Shown: in pieces, positions 8,086 to 19,449 of the stretch | Layout: every line of letters begins with the position of its first letter | Numbering within the stretch: position 1 is the first letter of the stretch | Source of the DNA: Patescibacteria group bacterium | Lineage (GTDB): Bacteria; Patescibacteriota; Patescibacteriia; UBA9934 | Reading direction: 5' to 3' | DNA: 28,425 nt | NCBI GenBank assembly: GCA_030916555.1 | Contig: JAUPWK010000018.1 | Coordinates: forward strand, 1 to 28,425 | The notes under the pieces: model-generated | What the model was told of the DNA's origin: nothing | The model's database searches: none | What the model saw: the letters and a program-made list of their open reading frames with translations, nothing else | Program-made: the position numbers and the translations under genes

Positions 8086-9810
8086 TTATGGTTTTGGCAA
8101 TATCTCACTTGAAAGCATTTCATCAAGAGTTACACAGTTATTCGTCTGATCCAGACGTATAGTTTGTGACTGAACAATAGAAAAATCTTTTGATGGACTC
8201 CTGAAAACTGCATACACGGTATGCACAGCATCGTCAGGTGGAAGTTGCCAAATATGATCAATTTCCGTTTCAGAAAAGTCGAGCACTACTGAGCTCCTAA
8301 AGAACACGTCATTGCTCAAAATAACCGTATCAGCATCTTCAGCTTCGAGATGGATTTGAATCTCTCTTGAAGTTGTACATGATGCTCCATCATTAAGCGT
8401 CATCGACACATGGCTTGGGTAGCTCGACGACCATGCGGAACCAGTTGCTTGTTGTAGGTATAAAAGCCAAAGCGCGCCACGGTCTGTCCCACCATCATCA
8501 TCACCCACTGCTCCAACAATAAGCTCTGGCACACCTGACCCATTCAAATCATCAATCACTGATAACCCCAATCCAAAATTATCGCCTGCATCAATTAATC
8601 CAGTAAGAACGCCGGTGGCTCCACTCATCTTCTGGTAACGGCGCACACCCCCTTCAGCATTGAGGAATAAAACATAAGCAGCACCACTATCAGCTCCTGG
8701 GGCATCATCTGCCCAAGCGCCAACAAGTACCTCATCAATGCCGTCTTGATCTAGATCCCCAATCGCAGCCAAAGCAGCTCCAAATCTATCCCCGGCGTGA
8801 ATGGCATCGGTAAAATTAACAGTGAGACTGGAGATTTTTGCTTGACTTGCAACAGTTCCATCAGCGTTCATGAATAACACATAAATCGCCCCTGTATCCG
8901 CCGCACCGTCGTCATCGAGTGATGCACCAACGATCAAATCACGAACTCCATCCGCATTCATATCTGCAACACTTGCAACGGACGCACCAAAACGATCACC
9001 GTTATCAAGAGCAGAGCTATTCATGCCACCGGAAATGCTGTTTATCTTATGATAACCAGAGACCGAACCGTCACGCTGCATATACAAAATCCAAATCGTC
9101 CCCCTGTCTATACCCCCGTCATCATCCTGCTTGGCTCCAACTGCTAAATCATCGATGCCGTCTCCGTTCACATCAGGAATAACTGCCACGGTCTCGCCGA
9201 AGACATCAAAGTTATCCAGCACTCCGGTAAATGAACCTGATGTGTCGCTAATACGCTGCTCTGCTTTTACTGTACCGTCACTATTCAGAAAAAGTACGTA
9301 AAAAGCCCCACGATCCGTGCCGCCGTTATCGTTCGCGCGTTCACTGACCACAATATCCTCAACCCCATCCAGATCCAGATCACCAAGCGGATAAACACCG
9401 AATCCAAAATCATCCGCGCTATCAATTGGCCCTGTGAATGCACCAGAGGCCATGCTTACTTTTTGGTAATTTTTTACGGTGCCGTCCGCATACATGAACA
9501 AAATATAGACTGCTCCAAAATTCGTACCTCCATCATCGTCCTTCCACGCACCAACAGCAAGATCGCGAACTCCATCGCCATCTAGATCCCCAATATCTGC
9601 CATTCCGGATCCGAATTGATCGCCGTCTTCAAGCAATGCGCTTATTGAATCCGTGAACGAACTAAGTTTTTTATCAGAAATCACTACACCGGTTGACACC
9701 CTTGCGAGATACGAATGAATCTCGACCGTAAAAATACCAACTACACTCGCCATGACAACGGCAATCATGGAAAAAGCAAAAATGAATTTTCTTGAATATG
9801 GCGCAAGCAT
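8086..9810 (-). CDS. Surface protein with six FG-GAP (integrin-alpha-like) repeats and a C-terminal Ig-like domain
   Basis: Six copies of FG...GD(L/V/M)(D/N)xDG..DL.VGA..DD.G..D.GA.Y.L after an N-terminal TM/signal anchor. Start reassigned to ATG 9810, 6 nt downstream of TGcTATAAT, which also removes the overlap with the upstream gene. Confidence 0.88.
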   Translation of the reverse strand: MLAPYSRKFIFAFSMIAVVMASVVGIFTVEIHSYLARVSTGVVISDKKLSSFTDSISALLEDGDQFGSGMADIGDLDGDGVRDLAVGAWKDDDGGTNFGAVYILFMYADGTVKNYQKVSMASGAFTGPIDSADDFGFGVYPLGDLDLDGVEDIVVSERANDNGGTDRGAFYVLFLNSDGTVKAEQRISDTSGSFTGVLDNFDVFGETVAVIPDVNGDGIDDLAVGAKQDDDGGIDRGTIWILYMQRDGSVSGYHKINSISGGMNSSALDNGDRFGASVASVADMNADGVRDLIVGASLDDDGAADTGAIYVLFMNADGTVASQAKISSLTVNFTDAIHAGDRFGAALAAIGDLDQDGIDEVLVGAWADDAPGADSGAAYVLFLNAEGGVRRYQKMSGATGVLTGLIDAGDNFGLGLSVIDDLNGSGVPELIVGAVGDDDGGTDRGALWLLYLQQATGSAWSSSYPSHVSMTLNDGASCTTSREIQIHLEAEDADTVILSNDVFFRSSVVLDFSETEIDHIWQLPPDDAVHTVYAVFRSPSKDFSIVQSQTIRLDQTNNCVTLDEMLSSEILPKP

Positions 9811-9816
9811 GCATTG

Positions 9817-9825
9817 ATTATAGCA
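9817..9825 (-). promoter_or_regulatory. Extended -10 promoter (TGcTATAAT), leaderless
   Basis: Perfect TGn-TATAAT, then 6 nt (CAATGC), then ATG 9810. Confidence 0.6.
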
Positions 9826-9884
9826 GTCTACAAAAATAAACACCCGTCCTTGCCAGCTAGACAAAAACGGGTACGGAATCAAGC

Positions 9885-10493
9885 TCAGCCAAAGGTGATT
9901 ACCGCGGTGCGCACGGGCTTCACCTGACCAAACGTATACACCTGGCACCGGTTGTTCGGGAAGTCGGCCGTATCAACCACGAGGGCGATGACGGCATCGT
10001 TTGCGAGCTTCTCCTCACGCTCCCAGGGCTCCACCTGGAACGCGCACTGGCGTTCGCTCACGATCATTCCGACCACCCTATGCTTGCGGTCACCCTCGAT
10101 GATCGGTTGACCCAACCCACCGAAAGGCTGATGAAGGGTGCAGTCACGAATCCGCTGAAACAATTCCACTCCAAGCCGGAGCTCGAACTGCCTCCACAGA
10201 GCCTGTTGATATTCCGCCGGCCCGATCTCGAGCCACGGAATCGGCTCCAGGTGCCGAATCCTGGGAGTAGACCCCTGTGGAGTACTCACGGCACGCAGCG
10301 TCTGTGCGCTGGATCGGCTTGATGACGTCAGACTAACCAGATGCCAGCCTTCACGCAACCACACCGCCCAGACAGACTCTGAGTACTCGTTCTTGAACGA
10401 GTCCTGCCAGAAGCCGCCCTCTCGAATGACCCCAAAACACGCACGACCGTCGTTCAGCTGGGCCACGTAAACACGAGCCCTTGTGAGATCCAT
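9885..10493 (-). CDS. Hypothetical protein (202 aa)
   Basis: ORF track 9885..10556. ATG 10493 preferred because it follows GGGAGG and lies downstream of a promoter. No family recognised. Confidence 0.65.
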   Translation of the reverse strand: MDLTRARVYVAQLNDGRACFGVIREGGFWQDSFKNEYSESVWAVWLREGWHLVSLTSSSRSSAQTLRAVSTPQGSTPRIRHLEPIPWLEIGPAEYQQALWRQFELRLGVELFQRIRDCTLHQPFGGLGQPIIEGDRKHRVVGMIVSERQCAFQVEPWEREEKLANDAVIALVVDTADFPNNRCQVYTFGQVKPVRTAVITFG

Positions 10494-10527
10494 GTGAACA
10501 CCCCTCCCGGCAAAATGCCGAGTGATA

Positions 10528-10556
10528 AATATACCGGAAATTGCCAAGCTTGGCAA
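10528..10556 (-). promoter_or_regulatory. sigma70 promoter overlapped by a perfect 16-bp palindrome (operator candidate)
   Basis: TTGCCA-17 nt-TATATT; TTGCCAAGCTTGGCAA at 10541-10556 is its own reverse complement. Confidence 0.5.
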
Positions 10557-10559
10557 GAA

Positions 10560-11060
10560 TTAAGCGTTGTCACCACGAAAAATCGCCATGAGGAGCACAG
10601 GTGCTAATAACCATGCGCACTGAGCCCAGGGAGTAATGAATACGAGTTGAACATACGGCGTAATAATCCCTTCGCTCCAAAAAGAACCCAAGATAACCAC
10701 AATAAGTCCAGCCAAAGCTCCAGCGAACACAAAACGTTCTAGCCCTGTTGGCACTACATACGGCTCAAAAAAACGGTTGCGTCGGAAAATAATGCCAAAA
10801 ATAAGGCTCGCGATCATGAAGGCGGCAACGTCAAGCTGGGATTCCGGATATACATTCAAATACGGAATAAATGCGAGTGACGGCAAAAGGTGCACCACGA
10901 GCCCCGCAAACACAATCGCAACAAAAGACACAATGATCGAATTTCTCCCAAGCGTAAACGCAAATACCACACTTCCTGCAAAAATTGCAGCTACCACAAG
11001 CGCATCCCAAACGAGTCCGTTCAATAACCCCGTTATAAATTGGAGCGCGGTCTCATACAT
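10560..11060 (-). CDS. Integral membrane protein (about 5 TMs, CvpA-like layout)
   Basis: 166 aa, hydrophobic throughout; the family assignment is weak. Confidence 0.75.
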   Translation of the reverse strand: MYETALQFITGLLNGLVWDALVVAAIFAGSVVFAFTLGRNSIIVSFVAIVFAGLVVHLLPSLAFIPYLNVYPESQLDVAAFMIASLIFGIIFRRNRFFEPYVVPTGLERFVFAGALAGLIVVILGSFWSEGIITPYVQLVFITPWAQCAWLLAPVLLMAIFRGDNA

Positions 11061-11083
11061 AGTCCTCTTAGTATACCTAACTA

Positions 11084-11118
11084 AAAACCACCCCAGGACA
11101 AAGCCCTGGGGTGGTTTT
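11084..11118. terminator. Intrinsic terminator ending the heat-shock operon
   Basis: 14-bp stem AAAACCACCCCAGG / CCTGGGGTGGTTTT immediately after the dnaJ stop; T-tracts on both strands. Confidence 0.85.
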
Positions 11119-11120
11119 GA

Positions 11121-12170
11121 TTATTCTTCCCGCAAATTGAGTTCTTCCAAGAGTCGTCTCGCATCTTTATCAAGCTTCTGTGGCGTAATGACTTTAACGA
11201 TCACAATCTGGTCGCCACGACCACGATTACTTGGCACACCTTTACCACGCAACCGCAGCTCATCGCCGCTTTGAGTGCCTGGTGGAATTTTCATGCTCAC
11301 CGGACCGTCGACCGTATCAACGGTTACCGTGTCGCCGAGTGCAGCCTGTGTGAAGCCAACTTTCTTTGTAACGTATAAGGTTGTGCCTTCACGACCAAAA
11401 CGCGGATCTGGAGATACTCTCAAACGAAGATATAAGTCGCCCGGCTCGCCCTGGGTACCAATACTCTCACCCTCGCCGCGAACACGCATCTGCATGCCGT
11501 CCTCAACGCCAGCAGGAATATCAACGCGCAAAGTCTTTCTGCCACGTGACGTACCTTCACCGCGACACTCCGTACAGGCTTTCTCCGGCTTTTCGCCACG
11601 ACCATCACAGTCGGTACAGGCGACGCGCATTTGAACCGAACCCAAGATGGTGCGCTGATTCGCAATCGTAAAACCTTTGCCCTTACACGTAGCACATTCT
11701 TTTAGCTTGGTTCCCGGCTCTGCACCTTGGCCGCCGCAACGTGCACAGGTATTGGTTTTGTTTAGGCTGATTTCTTTGGCCACGCCAAAAATCGATTCCT
11801 TAAAGGTCATGAAGACTTCCATCTCAACGTCATCACCCTTTGGGGATCGACCACGACCACCAGTAGAACCGCCAAAGAAGCTTCCAAAGATATCGCCAAG
11901 ATCACCAAAAGCGCTGGGATCAAAGCCCCCAGGGAATCCGCCAGCGCCACCAAAACCTTGCGGACCGTCAGCGGAGCCGTACTGATCGTAACGGGCTCGC
12001 TTTTCCGCATCTCCAAGTGCCTGGTAGGCCTCATTGATCTCCTTAAACTTCGCCTCACTTCCCCCTTTGTCCGGATGGTGTTCGTGGGCCAGCTTACGGA
12101 AGGCTTTTTTGATATCGTCCTGTGAGGCCGATTTATCAACGCCTAAAATTTTGTAATAGTCTTTGGACAC
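11121..12170 (-). CDS. dnaJ: Chaperone DnaJ
   Basis: J-domain with HPD, G/F-rich linker, four CxxCxGxG repeats and C-terminal domains. Confidence 0.98.
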   Translation of the reverse strand: MSKDYYKILGVDKSASQDDIKKAFRKLAHEHHPDKGGSEAKFKEINEAYQALGDAEKRARYDQYGSADGPQGFGGAGGFPGGFDPSAFGDLGDIFGSFFGGSTGGRGRSPKGDDVEMEVFMTFKESIFGVAKEISLNKTNTCARCGGQGAEPGTKLKECATCKGKGFTIANQRTILGSVQMRVACTDCDGRGEKPEKACTECRGEGTSRGRKTLRVDIPAGVEDGMQMRVRGEGESIGTQGEPGDLYLRLRVSPDPRFGREGTTLYVTKKVGFTQAALGDTVTVDTVDGPVSMKIPPGTQSGDELRLRGKGVPSNRGRGDQIVIVKVITPQKLDKDARRLLEELNLREE

Positions 12171-12171
12171 A

Positions 12172-12348
12172 TTATTTGATTTCTTCAGCCTTAACGTCGA
12201 TCACCTGACCGTCAGTCTTCACTTTACTGGATGATTGTTTACTTTTGCCAAACACTAAACGCAATAGTGGGAGCACGACAACTGTAAACAGGCCCGTGAC
12301 CACGGCCCAGCGCAGCTTCCACTTCGCAAGCTTGGCAAAAAATCCCAT
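12172..12348 (-). CDS. Small single-TM protein (58 aa), absent from the ORF track
   Basis: [58 protein letters not shown]. It fills the gap exactly: 2 nt after the upstream stop and 1 nt before the dnaJ start. Confidence 0.75.
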   Translation of the reverse strand: MGFFAKLAKWKLRWAVVTGLFTVVVLPLLRLVFGKSKQSSSKVKTDGQVIDVKAEEIK

Positions 12349-12350
12349 AC

Positions 12351-12557
12351 TTATTCAGCTTTGTGATCATGACCGCAATCGCAGTCATCAGTTACTTCTG
12401 ACTGCGGAGCAATCTTACAACAACCGCCGTCTCCGCCCTCGCAACACGACGTCTTCTCCTTTATATCTGTATGACCCTGACCGCAACAGTCATCTGTCGC
12501 CGCCTGCGTCTTAGCCTTACCTGAAAACATCGCCTTGAGAGAATCGAAGAAAGACAT
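12351..12557 (-). CDS. Small Cys/His-rich (metallothionein-like) protein
   Basis: 68 aa with 8 Cys (CC, CC, CC, CxC) and 3 His; tightly packed inside the dnaK-dnaJ operon. Confidence 0.7.
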   Translation of the reverse strand: MSFFDSLKAMFSGKAKTQAATDDCCGQGHTDIKEKTSCCEGGDGGCCKIAPQSEVTDDCDCGHDHKAE

Positions 12558-12567
12558 ACGGGATTTA

Positions 12568-12957
12568 TTAAGCGGTTTTAGTGTCTACCTTCTCTTCTAC
12601 GTTCCAAGAACACAACTTCATTGGTTCACCGCCATCAACACGACCCCAAACACTATACTCCCCAGCCGCCGGAACCAGAACTCCCCCAATCCGAATCACA
12701 ATGTTCGCACTTGGACCCTTGAGCTTGTTCTTGAACAGCTGACCCTTATCAACGAGGGTATTTGAGCTGTCGGTCAGATAGATCTCAACTTCACCCTCAG
12801 CTGGCAAACTGGTCAACCGTGCCCCAAAGAAACCGCGGAGCGCCATGGGCGTTCCTTTCTGAAACACTGTCCGATCAAACACGTGCATGTAACTCTGCAT
12901 GCCATTGACTGACATGGTCGCGAACTCACAAAACAGTGCGTATTCTTTCTGGATCAT
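12568..12957 (-). CDS. Beta-sandwich protein, DUF6941-like
   Basis: 129 aa; the N-terminal ALFCEFA...HVFDR and C-terminal PAAGEYSVWGRVDG patterns recall DUF6941. Confidence 0.6.
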   Translation of the reverse strand: MIQKEYALFCEFATMSVNGMQSYMHVFDRTVFQKGTPMALRGFFGARLTSLPAEGEVEIYLTDSSNTLVDKGQLFKNKLKGPSANIVIRIGGVLVPAAGEYSVWGRVDGGEPMKLCSWNVEEKVDTKTA

Positions 12958-13035
12958 AGAGCAAACGATTGATCGTCCCGACGTATAAAATCACTTCGAG
13001 ACTTGATTAAAATTGTAGGGAACCGATTAACCAGC

Positions 13036-15496
<2,461 letters not shown>

Positions 15497-15500
15497 AATT

Positions 15501-16019
15501 TTAACGCTCGTTTACGATCACTTTCGCCGGACGGAGGACAACATCACCGATTTTCCAACCTTTGATAAGTTCTTCGAGGACGGTGCCGTCTTCCTTTGAC
15601 TCGTCAGGCTTGGAGCCACCGGATTCGTGGAGATTGGGGTCGAATTTTTGGCCGACCGTTGCAATTGGCTCGACACCCATGCCTTTCAAGGCCTCCGCAA
15701 ATTGACGCTCGATGTGACCAATACCCTGGAACCAGGTGTCAAAAGCTTTCTGAAATTCGGGCGTCGTTTGTCGGACGTCGGGAACATGCTTCATGACGTA
15801 GCCAAAGTTGTCGACCACCGGTAGCAAGTCTTCTGCAAGCGAGCTTCTGACCCGGCGGCGATCAGTCTCACGCGTTTGGGCATTCTGCTTTTGCAGGTTC
15901 TCATAGTCTGCTAAGGCTCGCTTCCAACCTGCCAAGTATTCGTCACATTTGGCTTGAAGATCTACCTGAGGCTCAGCGGGTTGCACGAGCTCGTCTTGAG
16001 GTTTCTGTTCATCGGTCAT
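15501..16019 (-). CDS. grpE: Nucleotide exchange factor GrpE
   Basis: RALADYENL, LLPVVDNF, FDPNLHE and GWKIGDVVLRPAKVIV. Confidence 0.97.
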   Translation of the reverse strand: MTDEQKPQDELVQPAEPQVDLQAKCDEYLAGWKRALADYENLQKQNAQTRETDRRRVRSSLAEDLLPVVDNFGYVMKHVPDVRQTTPEFQKAFDTWFQGIGHIERQFAEALKGMGVEPIATVGQKFDPNLHESGGSKPDESKEDGTVLEELIKGWKIGDVVLRPAKVIVNER

Positions 16020-16738
16020 AGCGGAAGTAAAGGTTGTTCAAGAACTTTTTTGGCTTGGGTCAGAAGCGCGATGTTGCGGTTGTAATCCATGCGGAGCGGC
16101 CCAACAATGCCGAGCACACCTTCAACCCCGTTGCCAAGATCACTTTTTACCACTACAGACGCCAGTTCATTGCCAAGAGGATTTTCATCTCCCAAAAGCA
16201 CGGTTACTTCATCTGTAGCTGAATTCAAGATGTCTTTGAAGGCGGCATCGAACCGTTCCAAACTTTCCGCAAGCAGGAGAATGGCGCTCCCGGACTGAAA
16301 CTCTGGCTTACGCAAGAGGTTTGCCAGTCCAACCGTGGTACTCCAGGGACGACTGGTGGCCAACATGACGGCCTCACCGGATTCTTTAGCTACTGCATGG
16401 GCCACTTGAGCCAAGCGTTCTTCCGGAGTTGGAGCTCGCGGAGCCCTGCGCACGGTAATGTTGATGCGAATGTTTTTCTGCACGGGTTGCGAGGCCTTCT
16501 GTTCTTGGCCTTGCTTAATGTAAAAGCGGTAGGCCTTCTCTGTCGGCACGCGGCCAGCGGAGGTGTGTGGCTGAGCAATGAGGTCAAGTTCCTCAAGCAC
16601 CGCCATGTCATTCCGAACTGTAGCTGATGAACACGGTAAGTTATACCGTTCACACAGCTGCTTTGAGCTAACGGGCTCAGCAGTGCGGATATACTCATCA
16701 ATAATGAGTTTTAAGATTTGCGCCTGACGTGGGTTCAT
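16016..16738 (-). CDS. hrcA: Heat-inducible transcription repressor HrcA (short form, 240 aa)
   Basis: RQAQILKLIIDEYIRTAEPVSS, SSATVRNDMAVLE, PHTSAGRVPTEKAYRFY and GIVGPLRMDY; CIRCE upstream. Confidence 0.95.
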   Translation of the reverse strand: MNPRQAQILKLIIDEYIRTAEPVSSKQLCERYNLPCSSATVRNDMAVLEELDLIAQPHTSAGRVPTEKAYRFYIKQGQEQKASQPVQKNIRINITVRRAPRAPTPEERLAQVAHAVAKESGEAVMLATSRPWSTTVGLANLLRKPEFQSGSAILLLAESLERFDAAFKDILNSATDEVTVLLGDENPLGNELASVVVKSDLGNGVEGVLGIVGPLRMDYNRNIALLTQAKKVLEQPLLPL

Positions 16739-16772
16739 AGGCTGATGTGACCCGAATCCATCACAAAATCAA

Positions 16773-16799
16773 TTAGCAGTCCATATTATAGACTGCTAA
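16773..16799. promoter_or_regulatory. CIRCE operator
   Basis: TTAGCAGTC-N9-GACTGCTAA, a perfect inverted repeat with one change per arm from the canonical TTAGCACTC-N9-GAGTGCTAA. Confidence 0.93.
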
Positions 16800-16812
16800 C
16801 GATGGGTGTCAA
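16785..16812 (-). promoter_or_regulatory. sigma70 promoter of the hrcA-grpE-dnaK-dnaJ operon
   Basis: TTGACA-16 nt-TATAAT, with the -10 inside the CIRCE spacer. Confidence 0.85.
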
Positions 16813-16821
16813 GGGGATATT

Positions 16822-17700
16822 TTAGGCGGCGTCTTCTTGATCTTGTTCTTGACTCGACCGATCCAAAACCTCTGTTTTTGCGTTTTCGTAGTCAGAGACT
16901 GACCTCTCCTTCGCTACCGGTGCTTTCTCCCGTGCAGCTAACTCTTTTTCAAATTTCATTCTGCCGTACCGCTCTGTCTCGGTTTCATCAGAATCATCTT
17001 CAGAAGCAAGTAAGCCCTCATTTGTGTAAGCGATCGAATCTAAAGAGATACTCTTAAATGCTTCAGCACGAGCCATGAGTTCGTCAGTTGCGGAAGCCAT
17101 CTGCTCCTTCTTACTGCGCAGCTGCATTTTTTCGCGTTGATTAAAAACTGATTTCATCTTATCAAGGTGCTGCGCCAGTCGATCTCTGGCCGCCTTTTGT
17201 TCAGCGGCGTTCCGTGAAGAATTGATTTCCTTCACAATATCATCAATAACGGTAATTTCAGCACGGCGCGCCGCGTTCTCCATTCCGATCTGGAACTCAG
17301 CATCTGCAATTGCATCCTCTGCAGTTGTCTCCTTCTTTTTTGTCGGCCGTTCAATGGTCGCCGCCTTTACAACAGGCCGAACGTCTGTCTCAGGTAAATT
17401 CTGAACACGTTTCTGAGGTGCTGCAATCTCAACAACCGCTGCCGGCTCTGCACCATCTGAGTCATCAAGGAGCGCCTTGAGTTCAGCCCGGAGTTTGTCG
17501 GCTTTGGCCATGTCCTTTTCTTTAAGTAAGGCGGCTTGCATGGCTCTGGCTTGTTCCATCTGTCCAATTGAATCAAAACCAAGCTCCTCATGGAGCGGAA
17601 TTTCGCGCCCAGCAACAACTTCTTGATCTTCCTGTGATTTGATCGTTTCAAGTTCCGGAACATCTGACTCTGGCTGACGGCGAGGTAATTCTCTTTCCAT
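16822..17700 (-). CDS. Hypothetical acidic, coiled-coil-rich protein (292 aa)
   Basis: Long ORF starting 2 nt after the antiporter stop; E/A/K-rich; no family recognised. Confidence 0.8.
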   Translation of the reverse strand: MERELPRRQPESDVPELETIKSQEDQEVVAGREIPLHEELGFDSIGQMEQARAMQAALLKEKDMAKADKLRAELKALLDDSDGAEPAAVVEIAAPQKRVQNLPETDVRPVVKAATIERPTKKKETTAEDAIADAEFQIGMENAARRAEITVIDDIVKEINSSRNAAEQKAARDRLAQHLDKMKSVFNQREKMQLRSKKEQMASATDELMARAEAFKSISLDSIAYTNEGLLASEDDSDETETERYGRMKFEKELAAREKAPVAKERSVSDYENAKTEVLDRSSQEQDQEDAA

Positions 17701-17702
17701 AT

Positions 17703-19382
17703 TTAGACATCATTGGCAGCTTCAAGGTGCTGTTGTTCTTTCTTGCCAAGACTACCCCACTGAAGCTTGGCTGTCTTCTTCTTTTTCAACAGCTCCGCAA
17801 AATGCTCTCCACCTAAGGCCGTTGGCACAATGACATACGTGGCTCCAAGTGCGTAGCAACGTGCAGCATCAGCCGATGATTTTACGGTCACGATGATTGT
17901 GGCTTTGGTTTTGTGATGCGTAAGGAAATCAAGAATATCTTCATTCACCGCCATATCCGGAATAGCAGAAATGACCATTCTTGCCTGATCGGCCCGAATA
18001 AACTTCATAACCTCCTCATTTCCAGCATCACCGTATACCGCCCTAATACCTGCATGCTCAAGCTCCTCAATAACTGCAGGATTAAAATCAAGCACCAAGA
18101 AATCATCAGTGAGCTCTTCTACTTGCGGTAAAATTTTCTTGCCCATTTTATCAAATCCGAGCAGAACTACCTCTGGAGCCGGACCTTCATTGTCATGCTC
18201 GTCCTCGCCTCTGCGCTTCAAGCCTGGCAAAAACTGCGCCACCCACTCATACACGCGCTCATTTGAAGCAATCATGTATGAAGAGCCGGCAATTGTAATG
18301 AGCGCCACCATGGTGACAAGTGTCGTCAGGTGATCGTCCAAAAGTCCAAGAGAAATACCGCCAGCAATCAAGATAAATGAAAATTCACTTACCTGAGCCA
18401 TGGTGGTGCCGGCCAAAAATCCGGTTCTTGGGTGATACCCCATGAGCCGCATGATAATCACAAGGATGATCGGATTCCCAACCAAGATGAGCAAACTAAA
18501 AGCGACAATTGGGAGCGTAAACTGGGCCAAATCAGAAGCCACAAGTTGCGTCCCGAGCATGACAAAGAACAGGACCAAGAAAAAATCACGGAGCGGCCTG
18601 ATCTTGGCTTCGATCTCATGCTGGAAACCAGTGCCGGACAAAGAAATACCGGCAAGCAAGGCACCAATCTCCAAACTGAAACCCATGAGCTGCAACGCAG
18701 AAGCCACCGCGAAACACCATGACAAAGCCACCAAAAACAACAACTCTTGAGAAGTGGCCGCGTACCGGAAGAGATGCGGAATAATAAACTTTGCAAACGC
18801 AGCAAGCACCGCGACTACCAGCAAACCTTTAACAAGCGATCCCGTAAGCACCGTTACCAGCGATCCCCCATCCGCATAAGCCGCAAGGAGGAGTAGGAGC
18901 ATCATGGCAATCAAATCTTGCACCAGCAAAATACCAACCGCGATTCGTCCGTGCAGCCGATCAATATCTTCTTTATCCGTCAGCAACTTTACGATGATGA
19001 TAGTAGATGAAAATGCAAAGGCGACTCCCAAAAATGCACTCGTAACGAGATCAAAACCCAGAAGTTGGGCTAATCCAAACCCTGCAGCACTGGTCACACT
19101 TACCTGTCCAACTCCAGCCGCTAACGCAACGCCACCAACATCTTTCACGTTTCTCCAGTTCAAATTGAGTCCGACAATAAACAGCAAGAAGGCAATACCA
19201 ACTGACGACAGGGCCTGAAAAATTTCAAACGACTGTGTAAATCCGAGCATGCTCGGCCCCACCAAAACTCCCGTGAGAATGTAAGCAACAATGAGCGGCT
19301 GGCGTAATTTATGCGCCAAAATAGACACCACTCCGGTCATGACAATGACCGCTGCGAATTCCAAAAATAATTCGTTGAGCAT
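17703..19382 (-). CDS. CPA2 cation:proton antiporter with C-terminal TrkA-N/KTN domain (Kef-like)
   Basis: About 13 TMs, FSSTIIIVKLL and GILLVQD motifs, C-terminal VVLLGFDKMG...YGDAGNEEV; GGAGG and TGtTATACT upstream. Confidence 0.92.
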   Translation of the reverse strand: MLNELFLEFAAVIVMTGVVSILAHKLRQPLIVAYILTGVLVGPSMLGFTQSFEIFQALSSVGIAFLLFIVGLNLNWRNVKDVGGVALAAGVGQVSVTSAAGFGLAQLLGFDLVTSAFLGVAFAFSSTIIIVKLLTDKEDIDRLHGRIAVGILLVQDLIAMMLLLLLAAYADGGSLVTVLTGSLVKGLLVVAVLAAFAKFIIPHLFRYAATSQELLFLVALSWCFAVASALQLMGFSLEIGALLAGISLSGTGFQHEIEAKIRPLRDFFLVLFFVMLGTQLVASDLAQFTLPIVAFSLLILVGNPIILVIIMRLMGYHPRTGFLAGTTMAQVSEFSFILIAGGISLGLLDDHLTTLVTMVALITIAGSSYMIASNERVYEWVAQFLPGLKRRGEDEHDNEGPAPEVVLLGFDKMGKKILPQVEELTDDFLVLDFNPAVIEELEHAGIRAVYGDAGNEEVMKFIRADQARMVISAIPDMAVNEDILDFLTHHKTKATIIVTVKSSADAARCYALGATYVIVPTALGGEHFAELLKKKKTAKLQWGSLGKKEQQHLEAANDV

Positions 19383-19449
19383 AATCCTCCGATTTGCTCA
19401 AAAGTATAACACGCTAGTGGTCGATGCTATGACCGCACGACAAAGCTCC

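Noticed and set aside
8086-10556. ORF-track starts at 9948 and 10556
   Set aside because: They cause gene overlaps or fall inside promoters; ATG 9810 (leaderless) and ATG 10493 (SD-led) fit better.
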